A stretch of DNA of 64,000 nt, taken from NCBI GenBank assembly GCA_964496425.1, contig CAZBZO010000001.1, positions 71,265-135,264 on the forward strand, written 5' to 3'. The position numbers and the translations under genes are program-made. The notes below the pieces were generated by a model. That model searched no databases and was not told the origin of the DNA. It was given only the letters and a program-made list of their open reading frames with translations. The DNA is from an uncultured Candidatus Saccharibacteria bacterium (GTDB lineage Bacteria > Patescibacteriota > Minisyncoccia > Phycocordibacterales > UBA9973). Of the stretch, positions 9,885-16,887 are shown in pieces (within the stretch, counting starts at the first letter, position 1; every line of letters begins with the position of its first letter).

Positions 9885-10128
9885 GTATGGAAAGTATAGA
9901 GTATTAAGTATGAAGTATCAAGTATTTTTTTATAGACTCCAAATGAAAGATTGGGAACTTAGTTTTGGATTCTAAATCCATAGGTCCCACAGTATGCTTT
10001 TGGGGTATTTGAAGCGCGACGGCGCGACAACGAAGGGAATTTTGAAGCTTCAAAATGACCGACCCCAAAAGTATACGTGAATAAAAATTACTACCCCTCA
10101 ATCCTCTCCTTTATCGAGGAAAGAAGGG

Positions 10129-11487
10129 TTAAAATTCTAATTCCACCACCTCCCCGAGCCCAGGTGCTCGAGCATTGAGGCCGAGATAATCGCGAATACG
10201 TTGGACCAAAAACATAGAGGATTTTGGTTCACCCATAACAGTAAATATTTGTTGTACAGTTTCCTGAGTGCCCTCCACAAAACCAAGCAGTGCATCAGAG
10301 TCTTTATGCCCAGAATAGCCGCTGATTTTCTCTATGTGAGCCCGTACTGCTACTTCTTGGCGCTCGATCGTCACCATCTTGGCTCCATCTTCGATCGCTC
10401 GTCCGAGAGTCCCCATTGATTGATAGCCAATCAAAAGCAAAGTGCTATTTTCGTCCGGCAGATAATTGTGCTCGTGATGGATAATACGACCCCCAGTCGA
10501 CATACCAGAGCCAGCGATAACGATCTTGGGATCAGAAGCTTTTAAAATCATTTTAGAATCTTCAGTCGTGACAGTTGTTTTGAGTCCGGGAAACATAAAA
10601 ATATCATCGCCGGACCGGATAAGCTTCCGTGCGGGTTCGTTTAAGTATTCAGAAAATCCTTGATAGAGCGCCGTCAATTTGATAGCCAAAGGAGAATCAA
10701 AAAATATCGGCATTGCAGGGATGCGTTTGTTTTCCACCAAGTCGTTGATCTCGAAGAGAAGCTCTTGCGAACGCTCTAAGGAGAATGTCGGTATAACAAG
10801 AGTTCCTTTGCGACTGTAATTGTCTTCAATAATACTCTCCAAGCGTTTCTTGCGTTCGCCACGACTTTCATGATTACGATCGCCGTAAACGCTTTCCATT
10901 ACCAAATACGTAGCGTCTGAGATTTGTTCTGTATCGGGAAGAATAGGCGAAGGAGAATTACCAAGATCACCAGTGAAAACAATTTTTTTGCCGTTATAGG
11001 TAATCTCAATCATGGCTGAGCCTAAAATGTGCCCCGCATCACGGAATACGATTGTAAGAAGTGGTGAGAGCACAAGTGGCTTATGATATTCAATCCCCTT
11101 CCAAAGGGAAAAAACTGTCTTTAATGTTTCTTCATTATAAATTTCGTTGAGCTTATGTTCATGATCACGCTCCAAAATACCTTTGGTATCGAGAAGCATC
11201 GGTACCGCAATATCTTTGGTGGGAATCGTAGAGTAGATAATACCTTTAAACCCATCATGGATGAGCTTGGGAATCCGACCAATGTGGTCAACGTGCGCAT
11301 GTGTGACAAAGAGCATATCGATCGATGATGGATCGTACGCAAACGCCTCCCAGTTGATGTCGTCCGCGAGCTTTGAGCCCTGGGTCAAGCCGCAATCGAT
11401 AAGAATTTTCTTTCCATCCACTTCAAATAAAAAATTGGCGCCGGTCACCGTATTTACACCAGCGCAAAAAGTAAGTTTGGCTTTCAT
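10129..11487 (-). CDS. beta-CASP family MBL-fold ribonuclease (RNase J / CPSF-like)
   Basis: Metallo-beta-lactamase motif HAHVDHIGRIP, followed by a beta-CASP region and a C-terminal histidine motif (GYSGHKD). Confidence 0.7.
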   Translation of the reverse strand: MKAKLTFCAGVNTVTGANFLFEVDGKKILIDCGLTQGSKLADDINWEAFAYDPSSIDMLFVTHAHVDHIGRIPKLIHDGFKGIIYSTIPTKDIAVPMLLDTKGILERDHEHKLNEIYNEETLKTVFSLWKGIEYHKPLVLSPLLTIVFRDAGHILGSAMIEITYNGKKIVFTGDLGNSPSPILPDTEQISDATYLVMESVYGDRNHESRGERKKRLESIIEDNYSRKGTLVIPTFSLERSQELLFEINDLVENKRIPAMPIFFDSPLAIKLTALYQGFSEYLNEPARKLIRSGDDIFMFPGLKTTVTTEDSKMILKASDPKIVIAGSGMSTGGRIIHHEHNYLPDENSTLLLIGYQSMGTLGRAIEDGAKMVTIERQEVAVRAHIEKISGYSGHKDSDALLGFVEGTQETVQQIFTVMGEPKSSMFLVQRIRDYLGLNARAPGLGEVVELEF

Positions 11488-11945
11488 TGGGTATAGTATA
11501 GCGTATTTCCTGATGCCTCGGTAGTCTTGGAGAGTTGGTCTCGTACATACAGCACGGCAGCCATACCACCCGCAAGATCAAAGAAAATATCAGAGAGTGA
11601 ATCAATAAATGTTGCCAAAATGACTCCTGTCATGGACTGTACTCCGTATTCGAAAAGCTCCCAGAGAAGACCGACAATAAGAGCAGAGAGTACCCCGATA
11701 AAAAGAAGACTTTTTTTTGATTTAAAGGCAGTAAAATTGAAAATTTTGATAAAAAACATAAGCCACAGAGTCACAAGAACGACAAAAAACCCACCGAAGA
11801 AGTGCATCGGCATATCAAACCACCATATGAGGGTATAGAGGTGAAACCGGGTGGCAATAAGATTGATCAGAAATATAGCAACAACCAAAATGCATATCCG
11901 GCTCATCAACTTGGTTTTAAGAGACATGAGAATATGGTAGCACAA
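11484..11945 (-). CDS. Hypothetical polytopic membrane protein
   Basis: Four predicted hydrophobic helices; start overlaps the stop of the downstream gene by 4 nt. Confidence 0.4.
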   Translation of the reverse strand: MCYHILMSLKTKLMSRICILVVAIFLINLIATRFHLYTLIWWFDMPMHFFGGFFVVLVTLWLMFFIKIFNFTAFKSKKSLLFIGVLSALIVGLLWELFEYGVQSMTGVILATFIDSLSDIFFDLAGGMAAVLYVRDQLSKTTEASGNTLYYTQ

Positions 11946-11989
11946 AATCTTTATGAGTCACGTATAGAGTTTTTTGCTATAATGAAGCG

Positions 11990-12622
11990 ATGGATATGGA
12001 AAATCAACCCGAGCCAAAATGGCCGACTGATCATAGTGAAAACCATGAAAAACAAGGTCTAAAAAATGAATGGGTTGATCTACCTGCAGATACCTCCATA
12101 CGCTTATTAGATGAATTTGAAAAATATGCAGACGACAACTACGAGATAAAAAAGGTCCCCGAATTATTATATTTAAATGGAAAACTTAATAAAGATTTAT
12201 TCGGGGCGATACTTATGTATGCAGCGCCACAATATATTCTTTTTAATTCAAACGGTGCCAAAGAAGCTCTAGAATTTCTCAAAGATTTAAACAAACAACT
12301 TGTAGATGATGAGCTTTTTGAAACAATAGATTTTTTGCAAACTCAAATCTCTTATCTCGAGGCTTCCGATGAAGTATCAGAGAGAGCCTTCGCAAATTTA
12401 GCAGCGATCGCCAAGAAAGCAAAGTCTGGTGTCCATTTGCTCAATCACTTAGATGAACAATCAAAAGCAAATGATGTTGGCCAAAACGCACTTTTGCTCA
12501 GAGTAAAAGTAGAAGGCCTATTTACGAAAATGATAAACGATACCTACGATAGATTATGGGACAAATATCTTGTAAATGATTTCGAAAGAAAAGAGAAGAA
12601 GGCATTACCTGGCGAGAAATAG
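11990..12622 (+). CDS. Hypothetical cytoplasmic protein
   Basis: 210-aa ORF with coding-like composition; no motif recognised. Confidence 0.4.
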   Translation: MDMENQPEPKWPTDHSENHEKQGLKNEWVDLPADTSIRLLDEFEKYADDNYEIKKVPELLYLNGKLNKDLFGAILMYAAPQYILFNSNGAKEALEFLKDLNKQLVDDELFETIDFLQTQISYLEASDEVSERAFANLAAIAKKAKSGVHLLNHLDEQSKANDVGQNALLLRVKVEGLFTKMINDTYDRLWDKYLVNDFERKEKKALPGEK

Positions 12623-12996
12623 AAATTAGAAATTAAAAAGATACTATCAAACAATCTTCTAAATCTATTTTTGAATTTTTGTGCAAAAAAAACTCCACCT
12701 AAGTGCGGTGAAGATCTTTTTAGGACTATTCGGCAGCTATTACCTTAGCATTGCTGCTAAGTGGGTTCCCGATGCACTGGGCCGAAGCCCCTTACAATCA
12801 CTGGATCCCGTGTAAAATGTGTTCTAAGTAATACTCCGAAATAATCCTATTTACAGTATACGTATGAGACAGAGAAATGCAACAAAAAACACGAAAGAAA
12901 CACAGATTTGTAATGCTAGCAAAAATTTCTTTTGCTTTACAGAAGGAATTTTCCGTATTCTAACAGTTTAGTCTTACTCTTTGTATAAAAGTCTTA

Positions 12997-13545
12997 CTAC
13001 ATACCATATTTTTCATACATCATAATATCGTACTTTCCATCAATCATATGATCTTCCTTACGCACACCAAGTTCTCCGAGAAAAGAGAAAAGTTCTTCTT
13101 GAATTTTTTTTCTGATCTCAGGATCAGCTTCTTCTGTGATTTTTTCTGCCTCAATAAACTCCCCGAGCCGCTCGACCACATCAAGAACAATTTCCATATC
13201 TTTATATGTAGTTTTGATTCTCCGTTTTTCCACTCGCGGCACTTCTTTATATCCAAGCAGCTTTATTGCGTCAATCATCATATCACCATCACCGATTTCC
13301 AGCTCTCGTTCAATACAGTCCTGTCGGCTGCTCTGGTTGATTTTTAGCGTAAAGATATTTTTGTCACTTTGCTTTCGTACTCGGAGGATTGGCACGCCTT
13401 TGGGCGGAGGGAATGGTAATGCTTTCGGTATAAATACATGATCGATTTGGTGAATTTCAGATGAAAAAACACAACCGAGCTTTTGCAGTTTTTCTATCAC
13501 TTCTTCCCTGTTATGCAATTGTGCTTTTACTTCAACTTCGTACAT
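12997..13545 (-). CDS. CYTH-domain protein (class IV adenylyl cyclase / triphosphate tunnel metalloenzyme family)
   Basis: N-terminal YEVEVKAQL (ExExK motif) and ~180-aa size; alternative GTG start at 13563. Confidence 0.6.
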   Translation of the reverse strand: MYEVEVKAQLHNREEVIEKLQKLGCVFSSEIHQIDHVFIPKALPFPPPKGVPILRVRKQSDKNIFTLKINQSSRQDCIERELEIGDGDMMIDAIKLLGYKEVPRVEKRRIKTTYKDMEIVLDVVERLGEFIEAEKITEEADPEIRKKIQEELFSFLGELGVRKEDHMIDGKYDIMMYEKYGM

Positions 13546-13584
13546 ATAAACAACAAAACTCACTAGCGTGAGTTTTGTATATTA

Positions 13585-14100
13585 CTATTTCTTTTTTGTT
13601 TGTGTAAACTTTTCGTGAGCAGTTTCGTACGAGAAGATTTCTTCTTCACTAAACCAATGTGCAATTTCCTTTTGTGCCTCTTCTGGATCACCTGAAGCAT
13701 GCACGAGGTTTGGAATGCCTGCTTCTTGAGCATCAGCATGAGTAAAACTCATGTGAGAATAGTCCCCGCGAATCGTGCCTGGAAGAGCGCTTTTTGGTTC
13801 TGTGGCTCCTACCATCTTACGGACGAGCGATACCGCCTCTACCCCTTCCAAGATAATAGCGATAACAGGCCCAGCATTCATCATTTCAAGTGTCACGTCA
13901 AAAGCTTTTTGCCCTCGACGAGAGACCATCTTTCCGATATCTTCGTAGTGATGATAGTAGTGATCGTAACTTGGCTTTAACATTTTTGTACCAACAATCT
14001 TAAGGCCAACTTTTTCAAAACGAGAAAGAAGTTCCCCGACAATCCCGCGTTGGACTGCATCAGGCTTAAAAATGACGAGCGAATGTTCTACTGTAGACAT
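13585..14100 (-). CDS. ndk: Nucleoside diphosphate kinase
   Basis: EHSLVIFKPDAVQRG..., the active-site NLVHASGDPEEA, and overall NDK length. Confidence 0.9.
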   Translation of the reverse strand: MSTVEHSLVIFKPDAVQRGIVGELLSRFEKVGLKIVGTKMLKPSYDHYYHHYEDIGKMVSRRGQKAFDVTLEMMNAGPVIAIILEGVEAVSLVRKMVGATEPKSALPGTIRGDYSHMSFTHADAQEAGIPNLVHASGDPEEAQKEIAHWFSEEEIFSYETAHEKFTQTKKK

Positions 14101-14181
14101 AGTGTATATTCTAGAAAATAATGATTAATAGACTCGAACTATAGCAGAAAGAGCTTGAGATTACAATCAATTTCTCATTTA

Positions 14182-16152
14182 CTAGTAGTCAAACGTGCCG
14201 ACGCCTTCAAGCTCTACTGGCCCCGTATCGCAGCCACCTAAGAGATTGAGATATTTGTTGGTCGTCTTGTATTTGTAGCCCGTACCAACACTGATGCCCC
14301 ATGGATCAAGCATGACTTCGTGGAATTTTTCCTGGAAGGCTTTCATCGCGTAGAAGAGTGTTTGATCGTAGATCGGTGTGAGGGCTCCAACACTAAAGCC
14401 GAGATTTTGCAGAACTTGTTTGGTGGTCACCACTTCAGGAGTGTTGTTATTTAGGGTTAGAGAATTGTACTCGCTGAAGACTGGGCAAGTCACAGAGAGT
14501 CCACAGACCAGACTATTGATCTTATTACGCGTCGTCGGTCCAACAAAACCGGTCGGCGCAGTAAGTCCCCAGATGGAAAGTACGCCAGAAGAATATTTAA
14601 GCTGGAAGCGATTGACGGCATCGACGTCGGCTTGTTCATAGATACCATTTACTACCAATGCCTCGCCTTGATAAATATTTAAGAATTGTTCGAGCTTCGT
14701 TACGTCGCCAGCGTTATTATTTGCGCTACCAAAGGAAATATCAGTTGTTAGATACGGCGCACAGACACCGTTTACAAATGTCGGGGCAATAGTACCAGGA
14801 GCTGTCGGAGCATTGTATTCATCATCATCGCTTGTACTGGTACAGCCAGGATCGTATGGATAGTCAAACAATCCATCGCCGTCATTATCATCATCGTCAT
14901 TACACTCATTAGTAGAACTGCCACCTCCTCCGCCACCGCCACTATCTGGGTCAGGATCATTGCCATCAGGATCGCCTGGATCAGGATTGGCACCGACAGT
15001 TACTATAGCAAGATAGGAAGCCGCCGTTGCTGGAGGAATTGTGTCTGCAGTGAGTTTGAAAGTTGTGCTGGCAGTGAGTGGACCAGTACTGATCGAACCA
15101 CTCGCAACCGGAGAAACAACATTGATAGCTTGATCGATCGTTGTTGTATTACAATCCGATGTGTTCCATGAAAGTGTCGTTGATTCGCCATAGGCAACCG
15201 AAGTAGGACTAGCAGTGAAGCTATTGATTACACAGCGTGGAGCCGAGCCGACAGTGACAGTCACTAAGTAGGAAGCTGCAATATCGGCAGGAATGGTATC
15301 GGCTGTGAGTTTAAATGTTTTAGTCGAAGTCAGAGGACCAGTACTTTTGGAGCCACTTGCTATCGGAGTAGCCGCGCCGATTCCCTGATCAATGTTTCCA
15401 GTATCGCAATTTGTCGTGACCCAAGAAAGTGTGGCAGAAGCACCGTAGACTACCGTGGTCGGGCTGGCTGAGAATTTTGTAATCGCGCAACGTGGAGCAG
15501 CACTTACCGTGATAGTGACAGACTTCGTAATGGCCGGGCCAGCTGTACCATCTCCCACGGAGAAAATATATGTTTTTGTTGCGCTCAAAGCCGGGGTTGT
15601 TTTGGTGCCACCAGAAATTGGCGAAACATTCCCAAAATCAGTTATGGTTGCAATCGTACAGCCTGAAGTGGCGGACCAATTGAGATTTGTGGTCTCGCCT
15701 GTATAGATTGATGTATCGTCCGCCGTGAAACTGTTAATCGCACATGACACTGGTGCGCCGACGGTTACCGTCGCGGTAGCAGTCGTTGTTTTGCTTCCAC
15801 CGCTTGCCGTTAAAGTAAAGGTGGTCGTCGCAGTAAGTGCACCGGTACTTTTTGAGCCACCCGATACTGGTGAAACACTACCGATACCTTTATCAATAGT
15901 GGCGGTCGTACAGTCTTTAGTAGCGTACTTAAGCATAGAAGACCCCCCTGGCGAGACCGATGTCGGACCAGCGGTAAATGACGTAATCGAGCACGGAGAT
16001 GAAGTACTTCCTGGGTCTTCTTTATTCCCACTCGTATTGAGTGCTGTGCCAGTAAAACCTTGATTGCCGCCGAAATACCAAATTACTCCCCCGAGAACAA
16101 GTACGAGAGCAATAATAATTATTATCTTAATAGCATCAGTTTGGTGGTTCAT
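14182..16152 (-). CDS. Large membrane-anchored surface protein with Ig-like repeats, Asp-rich Ca-binding-like motif, poly-Gly linker and a C-terminal tandem peptidoglycan-binding-like module
   Basis: N-terminal TM helix IKIIIIIALVLVLGGVIWYF. Four to five ~85-aa repeats (C.I.SFTA.PTSV...LSW.T..C....ID.GIG...P..SGS.STG.LT...TF.LTA). ECNDDDDNDGDGLFDYPYDPGC motif with a GGGGGGG run. C-terminal ~200 aa share with the 61883-64000 protein the patterns ...RFQLKYSSGVLSIWGL..PTGFVGPTT... and ...AFQEKFHEVMLDPWG...TFDY. Confidence 0.7.
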   Translation of the reverse strand: MNHQTDAIKIIIIIALVLVLGGVIWYFGGNQGFTGTALNTSGNKEDPGSTSSPCSITSFTAGPTSVSPGGSSMLKYATKDCTTATIDKGIGSVSPVSGGSKSTGALTATTTFTLTASGGSKTTTATATVTVGAPVSCAINSFTADDTSIYTGETTNLNWSATSGCTIATITDFGNVSPISGGTKTTPALSATKTYIFSVGDGTAGPAITKSVTITVSAAPRCAITKFSASPTTVVYGASATLSWVTTNCDTGNIDQGIGAATPIASGSKSTGPLTSTKTFKLTADTIPADIAASYLVTVTVGSAPRCVINSFTASPTSVAYGESTTLSWNTSDCNTTTIDQAINVVSPVASGSISTGPLTASTTFKLTADTIPPATAASYLAIVTVGANPDPGDPDGNDPDPDSGGGGGGGSSTNECNDDDDNDGDGLFDYPYDPGCTSTSDDDEYNAPTAPGTIAPTFVNGVCAPYLTTDISFGSANNNAGDVTKLEQFLNIYQGEALVVNGIYEQADVDAVNRFQLKYSSGVLSIWGLTAPTGFVGPTTRNKINSLVCGLSVTCPVFSEYNSLTLNNNTPEVVTTKQVLQNLGFSVGALTPIYDQTLFYAMKAFQEKFHEVMLDPWGISVGTGYKYKTTNKYLNLLGGCDTGPVELEGVGTFDY

Positions 16153-16289
16153 AGAATGTGTTTATTAGAAATTTGCTTATTCGCATAAAAGCAAAGGATT
16201 ATAATGGAGATTCGCACATACTTCATATATACATCAGTATAGAGCGCTCTGTATATATTGGCAAGGAGGTTTTTAAGCAAGCGAGTCAC

Positions 16290-16859
16290 CTACTTTTTGA
16301 TCTGACGATCAAATGTAAAGACTGAATAGTCGTGATTGTCGAGTCCGTATTTTTTGAAGACTTGGTTGGCCGATGAGCGTATGTGCGTCTCCCATGAAAG
16401 TCCAAGGTCTCTTGCAGCTTTTTCTACTGCTTCCCACGATGGCGCTTCGATCTCAAGATAGGTCGGGATAAGTGGCCAAGTGTCGATATCAAAAACAATA
16501 TCGCCAAACATCCAGCGCTCACGGCGATTTTCCTCATAGCGTTTTTCAATAAGGCCAATAGCTTTAAGTAAGCTTTCGGTTTGATCAAAATCAGAAACAA
16601 TAACTTCGATTTCTTTCATACCAACATCGCCAAACTGTCCTGACGCAACACCAATTCGTTCTTTATAACTAAGCGTAATATGCTCTCCTTCATCTCGCAA
16701 CCTGATCCAAGCACTTTTAGCATCAAGGCGATAATCTGGGTAGTCAAAAAGCTTACGACGATAGTCAAAGTTGCCGACCAAGGTTGCTCCGAGATTTTCC
16801 AATTTCTCGCGCAATGTCGCAACATCAATATCTAAAAATTTTGCTTCAATTTCTTCCAT
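16290..16859 (-). CDS. CYTH-domain protein (second paralog)
   Basis: N-terminus MEEIEAKFLDIDV (ExExK); start chosen at the ATG at 16859, 28 nt downstream of the ATPase stop. Confidence 0.6.
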   Translation of the reverse strand: MEEIEAKFLDIDVATLREKLENLGATLVGNFDYRRKLFDYPDYRLDAKSAWIRLRDEGEHITLSYKERIGVASGQFGDVGMKEIEVIVSDFDQTESLLKAIGLIEKRYEENRRERWMFGDIVFDIDTWPLIPTYLEIEAPSWEAVEKAARDLGLSWETHIRSSANQVFKKYGLDNHDYSVFTFDRQIKK

Positions 16860-16887
16860 TACATTAGTAATCAGTAATTCGTAATTA

